Assembly (NCBI RefSeq): GCF_004010195.1
Contig: NC_057751.1
Location: 15,669,677 to 15,733,676 of the forward strand
DNA length: 64,000 bases
Reading direction: 5' to 3'
DNA from: Chiloscyllium plagiosum
Lineage: Eukaryota
In this document: one piece after another, positions 12,953-26,858 of the stretch
Numbering within the stretch: position 1 is the stretch's first letter
Layout: every line of letters begins with the position of its first letter
Notes under the pieces: generated by a model
What the model was told of the DNA's origin: nothing
Database searches by the model: none
The model's input: only the letters and a program-made list of their open reading frames with translations
Program-made: the position numbers and the translations under genes

Positions 12953-14165
12953 GTGGATGTGGGGGTAAGGGTGATAGGTCAGAGCAGAAGGTGGAGCAGA
13001 TCGGTGGGAAGGAAGATGGACAGGTAACAGGGATGGTGCTGAGCTGGAAGGTTGGAACTGGGTAAGGTGGGGCGGGGGGGGGGGGGGTGGGGGGGGAGAG
13101 AGGGAGGAAGAGAGGGCAAGTGAGGAAACTGGTCAAATCCACATTGAAGGCATGGGGTTGGAGGCAGAAGATGAGGTGTTCTTCCTCCAGGCATCCGGTG
13201 GTAAGGGAGTGACGATGGAGGAGGTCCAGGACCTGTGGGCCCTCGGCAATGTGGGAGGGGGAGGTGAAGTTTTCAGCCACGGGGCGGTGGGGTGGTTCGT
13301 GCAGGTGTCCTGGAGGTGTTCTCTGAAGCGCTCTGCAAGTAGGCGCCCTGTCTCCCCAATGTAGAGGAGACCACATCGGGAGCAACAGATCCAGTAAATG
13401 ATGTGTGGAAATGCAGGTGAGACTTTGATGGATGTGGACAGCTCCTTTGGGGCCTCGGACAGAGGGGAGGGCGCAGGTTTTGCAATTCCTGCGGTGGCAG
13501 GGAAAGGTGCCGGGAGGAGAGGGTGGGTTGTTAGGGGGCGTGGACCTGAGGGACCAGTCTTTACGGAAAGCGGAAGAGGGTTTGGGAGGGAAATAGATCG
13601 CTGGTGATGGGATGCATTTGTGGGTGGCGGAGGTGGCAGAGGATGACACAACGTTGGTGAGGTGGAAGGTGAAAACCGTGGGGGTTCTGTCCTTGTTGCA
13701 GTTGGAGGGTTGGAGTTCAAGGGTGGAGGTGCAGGACGTGGTTGAGCTGCAATGGAAGGCATCATCAACCACGTGGGAAGGGATTCTGCGGTCTTTAAAA
13801 GAGGCGGCCATCTGGTGTGTTCTGTGGTGGAACTGGTCCTCCTAGGAGCAGATGCGACGGAGCCAGAAGAATGCACAATAAGGGATAGCATTTTTGCAGA
13901 AGGCAGGGTGGGAGGAGGTGTAATCCAGGTAGCTGAGAGTCAGTGAGCTTGTAGAAAATATCAGTGTTGAGTCGGTCACCATTGATGGACATGGAGGGGT
14001 CCAGGAAAGGGAGGGCTGGTCCCGGTGAATTTAAGGTGGGGGTGGAATGTGTTGATGAAGTTGATAAACTGCTCAACTACCTCGTGGGAGCATGGGGTGG
14101 CGCTGATGCAGTCATCAACGTAGCGGAGGAATAGGTGGGGAGTGGTGCCGGTGTGACTGCAGGGA
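12953..14165 (-). mobile_element. Penelope-like retroelement fragment (RT C-terminal half, GIY-YIG endonuclease, part of 3' UTR), frameshifted, family B
   Basis: FLRYVDDCI (RT), C..RNCKTC and IIYWICCSRCGLLYIGETGRLLAERFREH (GIY-YIG), in different frames. Confidence 0.9.
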
Positions 14166-14372
14166 GAAGTTAGGTTACAGACCAAAAGGTTTATTGCCAG
14201 GAGGGCTAGGCACAAAGATAAAGCGACTGTTGATCCCTCAGGTGCATGGGCAGCTGAAAGGCAGCAGTATGTGACAGGACATGAGGCTACGCTCATGATG
14301 ACACATTCCCCAGGCAGAAAGGGTGACAGAGGAGGTTAACGCTGAAAACTGGGTAAGCCATGCAAGATTTAC

Positions 14373-14435
14373 CTCGGAACCAAGAAATTAGAGAAGGCCG
14401 TTTGAGACTGCAAGTACGGAGCCTGGAAGAGAGAG
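14373..14435 (-). CDS. CNNM4: Candidate 63-nt CNNM4 cassette exon (ALSSRLRTCSLKRPSLISWFR)
   Basis: About 70-nt polypyrimidine tract (14440-14510) ending CCTAG|, donor GAG|GTAAAT, phase 1-1, stop-free. Confidence 0.6.
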
Positions 14436-14729
14436 CTAGGAGGTGAACAACAAGGGAGACAGCGAGAGGGGAAAGACAGAGACAAAGACAGAATCAGAGA
14501 AAGACAGATTAAAATGAACAAAACCCGAGGGGGGCAACATTACTTGTTTTCAGCAAGGAGAGGATCGAAGCAAACGATCATATTTCTACAGCACCTCTCA
14601 ATGCTTTGAGACATCATGAAGCATTTTACAACCCAGAAACTACTTTCGAGGCATGGCTACTGCAGCAATAATAGCAGACAATTTGTGCACAGCAGGCTCC
14701 CATATGCAAAGTAACAACAGCCGGATCGT

Positions 14730-14992
14730 AGACTCCGCAGTGTGGAGGCAGGCCATTCGGCTCATCGGGTCCACACCAAACCTCTGAAGAGAATCCTACC
14801 CAGACCCATCCCACTAGCCGATCCCTGTAACCCTTGGCACTAGGTAATTTTAGCATGGCCAACCCACCTAACCTGCACATCTCTGAACTGTTGGAGGAAA
14901 CCCACACACACGGGGAGTCTGTACAAACTCAACACAGATGGTCCCCGGTGCTGAAAGGCAGTAGTGCTAACCACTGAGCCACTGTGTCACCC
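14730..14992 (-). mobile_element. V-SINE (HE1-like), internally deleted
   Basis: Reverse complement of the SINE head (GCTAACCACTGAGCCAC) and tail. Confidence 0.8.
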
Positions 14993-15319
14993 TAATCTTG
15001 AAAGCCTGACTTATTCTTCCCCCAACCCCGGGTTATATTGCAAGGAGAATAAACATTGGCCAAGATACCAGAGTGAACTCCGTTGCCGTACAAAAACTTG
15101 GATAAAATAACTGTATTAGCCTCAGCTGGAATACTGCACCCAAATCCGGGCACCACATTTTCACAGCAATGGGATGGCTTCCAATGAGAATGTTCTAAAG
15201 TTGAGGAACTTCAGTTATTTGGTAAGATTGGAGAAGTTCAGGCTACTTCCTTGGAGAAGGGATGTCAAGACAAAATCAGAGATTTCAAAAGCAAGGGGCA
15301 CCTGGGCAAAACAGTCATT

Positions 15320-15880
15320 TAATACCCAGTGCTAACTGCTCTCAAGATGTTGCTGTAGAGTTCCAGGATTTTGACTTAACTACACTTAAGGAACAGCCAA
15401 TATATTGCCAAGCCACAGGAGGGGGCTGGTGTTCCATCTGCTGCCCTTGTCCTTTTAAATGGTCGAGGTCATTGATTTGGAAGGTGTTGTTTGAACAGCC
15501 TTGACAAATTTCCGCAGTGTACCGTGTAAATGGTATACATTGTTGTTACCGAGCGTCGGTGGTGAAGGGAGTGGATGTGGACTGTTTTGTCCTGGATAGT
15601 GTCGAGCTTCTTCAGTTTTGTTGGAGCTGTCCCCATTCATCATATTCCTAACTTGTCCCTTGTCGATGGCAGACAGGTTTTGGGGAGTCAGCAGGTGCAT
15701 TCCCAGCCTCTGACCTGCTCTTGCAACTGCAATAGGTATTTGGACAGTCCAGTTCGGTTCCTGGTCAATGGATAACCCCCCCCAAGGATGTTGGCACCTC
15801 AGGATTCAGCGATGGTACTCAATATCAAGGGGCGATGGTTGAATTGTCATGTTGGATGGTCATTGCCTGGCACTTGGGTC
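15320..15880 (-). mobile_element. Degraded non-LTR retroelement 3' fragment
   Basis: Same family as 9200-9690 and 54270-54810. Confidence 0.6.
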
Positions 15881-16092
15881 GCAAGAAAATATCAGTGTGA
15901 CATACCAATCCAAGCCTGAATGATGAGGTGACTCCCTGATGCTGAGAGTCAGCACTGGACACAACGAACCCAAATGGCCGTCTCCTGTGCTGTAGTCAAT
16001 CATCCTCTGGTGCCATCGATGTGTCAGCCTCTCTTTGTGCTCAGGTTTCTGCAGTGGCACACGACCTTCTGACTCGAGAGGGCGAAACGTAC

Positions 16093-16140
16093 CTGCCCAT
16101 TGGGCAACCTTGCAGGGGTGAAGTAAGAGAGCCTTCAGCC
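16093..16140 (-). CDS. CNNM4: Candidate 48-nt CNNM4 cassette exon (GLKALLLHPCKVAQWA)
   Basis: ATTTTAG| acceptor, CAG|GTACGT donor, phase 1-1, stop-free. No recognised homology. Confidence 0.3.
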
Positions 16141-16239
16141 CTAAAATGGCAATGGCAACCAGGGACCCCCAAGAACAGAACCAAAATGGCTAGGAGGAGT
16201 GATCACACAGATCAGCCAAGATTTGTTTGTGCGCACATC

Positions 16240-16422
16240 CCAAAGATGCGCAGGACAGGTGAAGTGGCCATCCTAAATTGCCCATAGTGTTAGGTGCATT
16301 AGTCAGGGGTAAATATAGGGATGGGGGGGGGGGGGGGGATGGATCTATGTGGGTTACTCTTCGAAAGGTTGGTGTGGACTCGTTGGGCCAAAGGGCCTGT
16401 TTCCATATTATAAGGAATCTAA
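16240..16422 (+). mobile_element. V-SINE 3' half
   Basis: CCAAAGATGCGCAGG...GGTGTGGACTCGTTGGGCCAAAGGGCCTGTTTCC...AATCTAA tail. Confidence 0.8.
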
Positions 16423-16529
16423 ATGAAACAGCCAAGACACTGAACCATCTCATGGCTGGATTTCATGATTTTTGATCTTCTGTAAACTATGAAGCTAAAC
16501 AAAGAAAAAGAAAAAAAGAGAAATCTTAC

Positions 16530-16626
16530 CCAAAATGGGACTGCCAAGGGCCATGGTACCATAGTAAGAAAAGGGTCCCGTCTCAAACTTCATGTCTTCT
16601 TTGCCAGCCTCTGCCTCCACTTTACC
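16530..16626 (-). CDS. CNNM4: CNNM4 exon 5 (CNBH domain)
   Basis: [42 protein letters not shown]. 97 nt, ends phase 1. Confidence 0.95.
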
Positions 16627-17389
16627 CTAAGGTATAACAACATTTACTTCATGAGGACATAGACCAGAAGCCACAGGCTTATGAAGTGCGCCATCAGAAA
16701 CGTCACAAGGACTAATCTTCACTCTTTTCTCCCAGCTCTCTCTAATGCTGTGTGCGCGGCAGGGGGGGTGGGCTGAGCGCATCTGGATGGATACACGAAT
16801 AGGTGACGTTTAGAGGGAGATAGGCCAAATGCTGGCAAATGGGACGACGTCAGTTTGGAATGGTGGTTGCTTAGGACAGTTTGGACCCAAGGACCTATTT
16901 CTGTGCCGAGACACTTTGAGGCAGGATTTAAAATGTAAATGAGAATTTTAAAAGGCAAGGCAAAACTAGACCAACGCAGGTCAGTGAGCAAAGACAGCGA
17001 TGAGTTCACAAAGTGGCACACAGCGAATAACAGAAAGCACAGGTTTGGATGAACTGAAGCAAACAGAGGGTGGACGATGTGTGTGGGAGTGGGGTGGGGT
17101 GGGGGGGGCGGGGAAGAGAGGGGAGAGAAGCGAGATGGTGGAGGGCTGGCCAGGAATGTATGGGAGTCATCACATCTGGGAGGTAAAGGAGCTAAAGCAG
17201 GGGACAAAGATGGACAATAGGACAAGTTAGAAGTGGGTGATGGAGCAGAATGGGCCAGAAGGTTAACTCACGGACAAATGACACGGGGAGTCCGATGCAG
17301 TCTCGGACATTGACCACGAGAGGCGACGGCACAGGAACAGAGTTTTAGCCAAGGCCAAACAGTACGTCAGCCACACTGGCTTCAATTTA

Positions 17390-17668
<279 letters not shown>

Positions 17669-19236
17669 TCAAACAAGAACCTCAGAAAATCACAGCACTG
17701 CATCCTCTGCTTAACTTACTCGTCTTATCCACCCCACACCCGTTTGCTCATCGATCTGCACTGGCTCCCAGTTAAGAAACATTTTGAAGTGATCAGCTCA
17801 CCGACAAACTCCAGGTCACGGCAACCAATATTTTTGCAGTACTCCACTTTTACATATTCTGCTTCGCTCTTCCAATAGCCCCAACTCCCCAATCTTGACA
17901 AATCCTCACCAAACCTCACAACAGTATGATTTGTTAATGCTCTCAACACCCACCGTGCCACATAAGTCTGTTGCCCAAACAGTTTGGAGAATTAAGTTTC
18001 AGAAGTGACACATCATTTCCTCAGCTTTTATTTGGTGCCATTGGGCTCAACCTCGTCTCCCGCAAGCAGTGCTCGTATTGAGGGCGATCACAGGTCTTCC
18101 CATGGTGCCCTCGCCCAATAAGGGTCAAAGTGCGTAGGTCATCAGCGCCCAAAGGACCAGGGCTGGGTGAGTGACATGGAGCCAGAGGTCTCAATGACAG
18201 AGCTTCATGTCAAGCTAGCCAGCGTGCTGTCTCAAACATAATGCAAAACAAAAAGGGGAAGAGATTGAGAGGGAGAGAGAGAGAAAAAAAAGGCTGAACT
18301 ATGGATTTTTCCCAAATCTTTGCCAAGTCATGTGAAATGCAAACAGGTTTCTGTTCCAGCGACCGCATTGTGTTTTTCCCACAGTCCGAGACAGACGAGA
18401 TGGGTAATTGCCTGGATCCCTGTAATTATGTCATGACTTGCGGCTGACTGTATTCTCTGAGCTCATCTGTCTACACAGCTCAGCTAACACAATGTGCTTT
18501 TACAGTCCTGACAATATCTGAGACTCACTCAATCCTAGCAGTGAACAAACATACACGTGCAGACAAGGTTCAATCACCCCTGCACTCACTGAACTATACT
18601 GACTGCCGGTGTGAAGTTAAAATTCTCAAGAGGTTCAAATCTGTCCTGCGGTCTCACCTGAGCCTTCCACCTCTAACAGCCAGACGATCCTGAGATACCT
18701 TCAAGTCCATCCCCTTGAAAATTCCTGATTGACATGTTATCGGCGGGCCAGCTTTCAGCAGCTCTGCCCCACAGCTGTAATCCCCACCTTTAACCTCCTT
18801 CAAGACTCTTAAAAATCTACCTCGAACATCCTCCGTGGCTTGGTCTCAAAACTTGTTTAATCAATCATAAAGGGTGGTACCCTGGGACATTTCACTGCAG
18901 TAAAGTACGACAAGCTGCCACTGAGAGGTTTACTTTAAGTCCTGCGGATATTATGGGACACATCCAGCGCAATGATCGCATCAGGATGACTGGAAAACTG
19001 GAACAATGTTCTGTGTAAAGTGTTCATTGTATTAGAATTGGGATCCATTCTGTCTACGGCATCCCAGGAAACATTGCTCTGTTCAATTATTTTTGATCCT
19101 CAAGCATTCCCTCTTCAAAAAAAAACACATTAGCTCCCACCAGGCTTTCAGTCAGTCAGAGGCCAACACGTGTGTAAAGCAGCTTTCCAGCCCCTGTGCT
19201 TTTCCACCCCAAGTTCACAACCTCTGGATGGGCTCA

Positions 19237-19434
<198 letters not shown>

Positions 19435-20091
19435 TTATAAACCAGAGCAAAATCAACATGCCACCGCCCCCCCCAACCCCTCAAAGGTTTCTCCTCACTC
19501 CTCGACTCAATGCCTACTGCCAATACGAATAAAAAAAAAAGCGCTCTGGTTCTGACAATTCAGAGGGAAATGGGTCTGGGTGGGTTTGTCTTCAGAGGGT
19601 CAGTGTGGACTTGTTGGGCCGAAGGGCCTGTTTTCACACTGTAGGGAACCTAATAATAATAACAACAACAGAAATAAAATGGGGAGCAACCTCCCACCTG
19701 GCCAGATGCTCCTCTGAGAACGGTATTTTGGTCTCTGCGAGAGCACCGTCTAAGTTCACTCGGATGCTAACAGAGCCAGATTCAAACAATTCGGCAATTA
19801 AAAGGTTTCATAGGATAAAGAGAAACCATTTCTTCTGGCAGGGGCTTGAGAAAAAAGGAAATTAAAATGTGCACAGAGACGAGTGGAAATTGGAGCTCTC
19901 CCCACTCACATAAAGCGTGTCAGGACGAGGAATCACAGACTGACAGATGGTTAGATGCTGGCATCATGGGCAGGGAGCCAATGTGTTCCAAATGGAGCTA
20001 AGGTACAGATCAGTCTAGTTCAACGATGGATCTAGCTTAAACGCATGACCAATTTCTGTTTGCCCCTGTGTTCTGACCTTCCCGTGTGTTA

Positions 20092-20262
<171 letters not shown>

Positions 20263-23200
20263 TTAGAGACAAACATAACATAAACATCGAGCTAACAGAC
20301 AAAAACTTGCATTCATGCAGTGGGGGGGGGAAATAAAGAAACTAAAAGTTTGTTTGTACCTAGTTCTGGTTCAGCACAGTAAAGCTCCCTTTGCACTGTC
20401 CTCATCAGACATTCTCAGGGAAGGGGTAGCCCAGAATTGAATCAGTGATGCTCCCTCTATAAATGTTGTTAAGTTCCGTCATTCCCCCAAAGTTATGTAT
20501 CACGGGCCTGTGCCCACAGGCAGTAATCAAGCAGGAGTCTGAATTTGTAAAAGCTGTCTGACTAGCTCCACTTATTTGTTTTCCCCCCCCCCCTCCCAGT
20601 GCTCAATAACTTTTTATTTTAAATGAATCTACTTCCATTGACTCTTCGAGAAGTACATGTCGGATCATAACAACTTGTGAGAAATATTCTCATCACTGCA
20701 CCCGTTATCTGTCTCCCGTCTCCTGATTGCTAACTACTTCCGCAAGAACAAACAGTTTCTCTTTATTCGCTCCCTCAAGGCATCTCCATTAAACCCAATT
20801 CCCCACTTTATTCCTGGGTGGATAATCTCAGCCTCTGCAGCCTCTAATCTGTCAGCTCTACGGTCAACCGAGGCCCAATCTACTCCCGGCTATGACACGA
20901 TCGCTATTTTTCGATGATGACGGTCTCGTGGTTACCAATCAAGATGGCTTCACTTCCACAGAACTCTTGAAAAGTGCTCAATTACATACTGCCAGATTAA
21001 CCCACACCCTGATTCATAATAAGAGGATGGGATCTGCGGGCAGGGGAGGCGAGATTAATGAATGACCTCACAGGCTAGGAGAGCAGGACCAGCACGATGC
21101 ACAGACCACAGGCTAGCCAAGTGCAGTTTGTCACATGCTTGCAAGGCAGTTCGATACAGGACCTCATTCATTCATTCATGCACCAAATTTCCCATTTAAA
21201 ATCATAGCGTTTGCCGACATCAAAGGACCAGATGCTTCACTGCACAAAAACAAAACAGGGCCCCGCCTGACAGTCTCTCTGCCACATCTCCTGATCAGCT
21301 CACTGCTGCATCTTTCTCACACTCACAACTTTGCAATCGCCTCCCTAAACTGCTCCACGATGTCTTCCTCCATCCGGACAATTCCAGAAAACTTAGCTTT
21401 CTGACCAAGCGTTTCAGTACCTTCATCTGCAGTTTCAACATGGAGGGCTGTGGAGCTGCTTACAGCCTCAAAACATTAAAACCTAACCACCACTCGAGGG
21501 ACGTGAAACCACTAACCTTTCTAGTCCTCATGAGCCTCCAGTCCAACTCTATAGAAATGATGAAAGTTCTCCTACATGTAAGTGACAAGCCATTCAAGTG
21601 GCACCCAAGCTCAAGAATAAATATCTGACATAACCAGTTGCCCAAAGATGCACTGTGCAAATACCTTCAAGCACTGGACAACACCACAGCCAGCAATTTG
21701 ACATGAGGTCCAAGCAAGCAGACCTCTGCCGCTGGGGTTAAGGAGCTACCGCACTCTGTGCGATGGCACACTCGGGGTGTTTCACTATGTGAGCCACAGC
21801 TTAAGTGTGCAAGTAGGGAAACAGTCTTGTCGTGGTTGGATTTCGATCCAGTCACCGAATCTCCATGTCACCCCCTAGGTCGGACTTGAAACAAGACATT
21901 CAAAAATTCCGAAAAGCCAAGTGAACTTTAACTCCCACCCCGCCACACTCTTGGGGAAACTGATCTGCAGTTTGAGGGAACAGGGCAGTACTCTTTTAAA
22001 GCTCGCACATACGTTGCTTATTCAGGCACGGAGCCAAGATTCACATAACTATGTGGCAGGACCAGTAACAAAAGCTGGAATGTCATAAAGGCTCAGGTCC
22101 TAAGTACCAATTAGCACAAGCCTATGCTGATCTACACCTCACTATTGTCTGCAAACACAGTTTGGTTGCCCCCAGCATATCTGATGTTGGGGGCTTCCAT
22201 TTCCTCATGGGAAGTAGGTCTGAAGCAAGCTTCTCTCATCATCCCCACCCTATACTCTTCACAAAACATTCTCAGAGTGGTTATCTATTATCAAACCCTT
22301 CCTTTCTCCACTGGACAGTCCCTCATGAAGATCACAGACAATCATTTACATCAGATCCAAATCTAACCACACTCTGCAGTTAAAATAGTCTGGAATTGGC
22401 TTTATCTTCTGTTTAAAAAAAAAGAGTTGAGGTAGCTATGCTGCATTTAACCACATGCTATATCTGCCCTGGGCGTGTCTGATGGGGCAGTGTGGATAGA
22501 TCTTAACTTTCATTTTAAAAGAATACAAGTTGCTTAACTCTGTATTAAACACTGAACTCTACCTGTCCTGGAGCTTTGCGATGGACACAATGTCAGTGTT
22601 AAAGGCTAGAGAGAATGTTACAGGCTAGAGAGAATGTTACTTTGTATGGAGTCTGTGCTGCACCTGTCCCAGGAACGTGGAAAACACTAGTTTGAAAACA
22701 CCGAAGAGGTATTTTGTATCGAGCACTGGAAACATCCTGTAACAGCAGTGAGCCAAATTCTCCCAATGGCAATACGTGATTTAAGATTGAGACATGCACT
22801 AGTGGGTCACAGAGAGATACATCGTCCCAGCCTCAGCTAAGATCGGAAACCAAACCCCCTTACTGCAGGACTCCACAAAGTGTCAATGCACAAGAGCTGT
22901 GGAGCAGATTAACAGCTGCTCCTGGGGATTCCTCACTGCCTATTCACTTCTCCTGGTCTCCACATTCAAGGCTCCACTTGACTGCAGGATCCTTCTCCAC
23001 AAGGAAATCTGAAGAAAAATCGCAAATTCAAGACCCACTCTGCAAGGTAGAGCACCAGGCCGAAAAGACCAGTGCGAGACTGCGTCAATGCACCGTCATC
23101 TTTCACATAAATGTGTTAAACCGAGGCCAGCAACCACCTCCTCAGGTGTGAGAAGAGAATCCGAACCAATATCCGAACCAATTTGTCTTGGCCAATGCTC

Positions 23201-26200
23201 AATTCCAGACAAACAAAGTAAGCAGACTCACTGGTCACCATCACACAGACACCAGTGTGCATTAATCTGTTGCTGCAATCTCTGCAACAATGACTCCATT
23301 TCCAAGATAATTTGCTGCTTTTATGGTAGACTCAGATTACAAAAAAGGTGACATTAATAAACCAGGGCCCTTTTAACTGCCTCATTAGTATTCACATACG
23401 TGACCAAGGTTGGAGCAGCCGGCAGTTACAGCACACTGTTCTTGAAGCAACAGGCATTAAGTGCTGCTCTGGGTTTGCTAAGTCACTGGGACCATTACAT
23501 AATGCATGAGGGAGGAAAACAAATCCACTCCAAACTGAACCACTTGAACGTGCGTGCTGCACGACCTTCACAATCTGGCAAAGCAACAGGTTTGAGCAGG
23601 CATCTCGAGAGGAGGAAAGGACACATTTTTCAGGAATGAATTTCAGGACCTGATAGCCCTTCACCCACAGTCTGGGCTGCCATTGGTGCAGCAGAAGAGA
23701 CCAGAATGAGACAAGCACGGGGATCTTAAAGGTTGGCAGAAGGTACGGAATCGAGTGGGGGGAAGGTCAAGGCTGGATTTGAAATCAACAACGAAGAGTT
23801 TAAAAACAGAGCAGAAAAACAGTCCAAGCGGCAGCGCCCAGAGAAATGCAATCACTATAAAGGGCTAGTGACACCCAGCGGGTAAACAATCTAAATCTGT
23901 CCGTGGAATGACTGGATTGCAATTCATGTTGCAATCAGAAGAATCCACGCACAGAGGATACGTAGGATCGGTTGCAGCCTAGACAGAGCCCAAATTTGAG
24001 CAGGAAAGTGTGTTTCAGCAGGGAGTTAGGGCAAGTAACCAGCCTGACCCCCTGAGGGGCCCAGGATAGGACCTGAAGAGTTCTGTCAATGCCTGAGCCC
24101 ACTATTGGTCACATGAAAGCACCCCTGCAGGTGCTGACCAGCCATGGTAACTCCACAATTGACCAGCTGGACAAGACACAGAGGCCTAAATGTTGCCCCA
24201 CAGGAAACCCCGTGATCTGTACTTCCATGCACCCTCACTCACTGCACTTTGGGGATGGCCAAAGGTTGTGAAATAGGATAGCTTATTTCGTACCTCGCCA
24301 AGCGAGCTTCTATCCGCCCAGCTTGAAGCACCGTCAACAAACACTTTCATGACTAACTCAAAAATGATGTTGCAAAACTTGTTGAGCTGTTCAAAAGGGC
24401 TGCTTGACACAGCGACGTGAAAAGCAGGGACCCAACAGGAGATTAGAAAGCTAGGGTGTGTTCTCCTGCTAAACCATTGTATAAACAAGGTGAGCAGGGT
24501 GCAAACACAGAGAGGGTGCACAAAGGTTCTTTGTCAATCAGAGAGGATCACTGTCAGGAGCACTTCACCTTTATGTCCATTCTAAATAGGAAACGCCAGG
24601 CCAGTCAGCCCTTCACATAGCTCAACTACCTTGATAAGACTATAGCTGATATGATTTCTGCCCCAAATCTGCTCTCCCAGACTCACCAGTACATTAACAA
24701 TCCACTTACCTCAGCTTTGTATATAAGCTATGCTCTTGCCTCCACTGTTGTTGGGAAACTGGGTTAAACAGACTAATGGTCCCGAGGGAATCATCTCCTT
24801 CAACGAGAGATGTCTTACTTAAAAACTAGGCTACCCTTTTGAGATAGAATCTCGACCCTTAGTAGTCAGATAACTCCCAAAGACCCTCCCCAAACCCAAT
24901 TTGAAGGGCACTAAAGAACTAACTTCAATAAGAACTCAATAGCAGACAACAGATTAAATTCAATCCTCCTCATCAAGGTCAGAGTATCAGGTTAAATGTT
25001 CATCATATAAACTGCCTTTTTTCACCACTCAAAACACCTTTTCTGTCACCAGGATTCAGAAGGGCTCCAACCTGATGTGTTTGTCAACTAACCTCAGACT
25101 ACACTCCTGACGCATGACCTACATTTGGACTGTTGTGTGCGCCGTGGTAATTGAACAGCCAAAGTCTTACCTCGGGCAATCAAGCAAAAGGGCCAGTTTG
25201 GGGAGAAGGGTAGAGAGAACACATGCACAGACTGCATTCAAACACACCCTGCACACAGCACCCTTTCCCACACTCTCGCGCTAGGGTCTAGAAAAACAAA
25301 CGGGTGGGGGCGGGGACCTGAGAATGAGATATATCAGACAGCGCTCCTGAGCTGCACATCAATTATGCAGCTTCTTCAAGTCTTCACTGGCTGAAGCTCA
25401 CCTTCGCCACAATCTGACACAATTGTACAGTTTTCTGTCTTCTGTTGCAGCTGTCCTCTGACACCCCGCAACAGCAGGTTAGAAACCATTGCCTTCCTCA
25501 CTTCTCTCCCAAGTCTGTGGGAGACAATCCACCACAATTGAAGCCTCCCTTGATACTCGGTAATGACTGATTTATGTCAAAGTAAAGGGAAACTTTGAGA
25601 GTACAATTGCGAACTGAGATTCTCTCAGTCACTCTGGACTCCAAGCCCAAAGAGAGGCCCACACACTAACTCTCACACCACCACTCCATCATAAACCACT
25701 CCGGTCGAGGCCACAGATCAAGTATGCGCTCCAGCAGACAAATGTCCATCCCAGGTGAGGCAAGGGCAGAGTTGAGCGACAAAACAGAGCAGAGGTCGGT
25801 GGACTCAGGAAAGGACGTAGGGTTGGGAGCTCAACTCGAACTCACAGCTGAGAGTGAGACAGTGAAGAGAAGAGGGAAGACTGCAGTCAGCACGTCGAAC
25901 CAGCAGTCAACAGCTTTTGACATGTGGAGTTATGTCAAGCTCTTAGAATGAATATAGCAAAAACATAACCACTTGGATTGGAGGGAAGGGGTGAGGTAGA
26001 CTGGAACTACCCAGCAATCTTTTGCAATTACAGACTGTTAAAGGGACATTTAAGACAAGTGCTCAAAATTAAATCACTTGGCAGTACGAGAGAGGTATAC
26101 ACTTCTGAAGGTATGCACAAGAAAGCTAAATTTCAGAACAATCATAAACAGAGTGTAAAACATTGCTATCGTTTGAGATGTGGCTTTTCTGGACTCGTCC

Positions 26201-26858
26201 TGACAACTCCAGGCAAACTACTGTGGGAGAGTGTCTCTCTTTACACCAAAGCTCACATTGGGTACAAAGGACTTTGCCAGGGTTAAGAAGAAAAAACCAT
26301 TTCCACTGGCAAACTTTGATCCAGGATCAGTGACTAGACAATCAGGGGATTTATGGGAAGAGTTATTTTATCTCTACACCGAATACCAAATCACAGCTTT
26401 GGACATTTAAGAGTTAGGTTATCAGCTCTTTAAGTGATTTATTTAACAATCGCCTCCCTCCTATCCCAGACCATCGCTCCACAAATTGAGGCAGTCTTTG
26501 CTGCAAAACCCTTCATCCCTCTAACTAATGCTGCTCCTCGGATGCTGCCTGGCCTGCTGCGCTTTTTCAGAACCACTCGAATCTTCTCCCTCCCTCTAAC
26601 TGATGGTTCGTCCTCAGGTCAGTGCCAGTCAGTCAACTTACTACCTGCATAGCGGATCCCAATCTCAAATTATAACTAGTTATACCTTTGGCTACAGACT
26701 CTTCCAGAAGGCATAATGAGTGCCAGCAATAAAGACTGTTGGTCCACTCATCAACAATGAGGGCACCAACAGGAGGCGCAGGATAAGGGAAGCCATTGAG
26801 CTCTTGCAGCTGGAGCCCCAATGAACTGAAAGGGAGCCCCAGCCCCAGTGACACTCAC

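Noticed and set aside
26692..26858. ORF read-through past EEFKQG
   Set aside because: Intron 1 sequence after the canonical GTGAGT donor. Homology resumes in exon 2.
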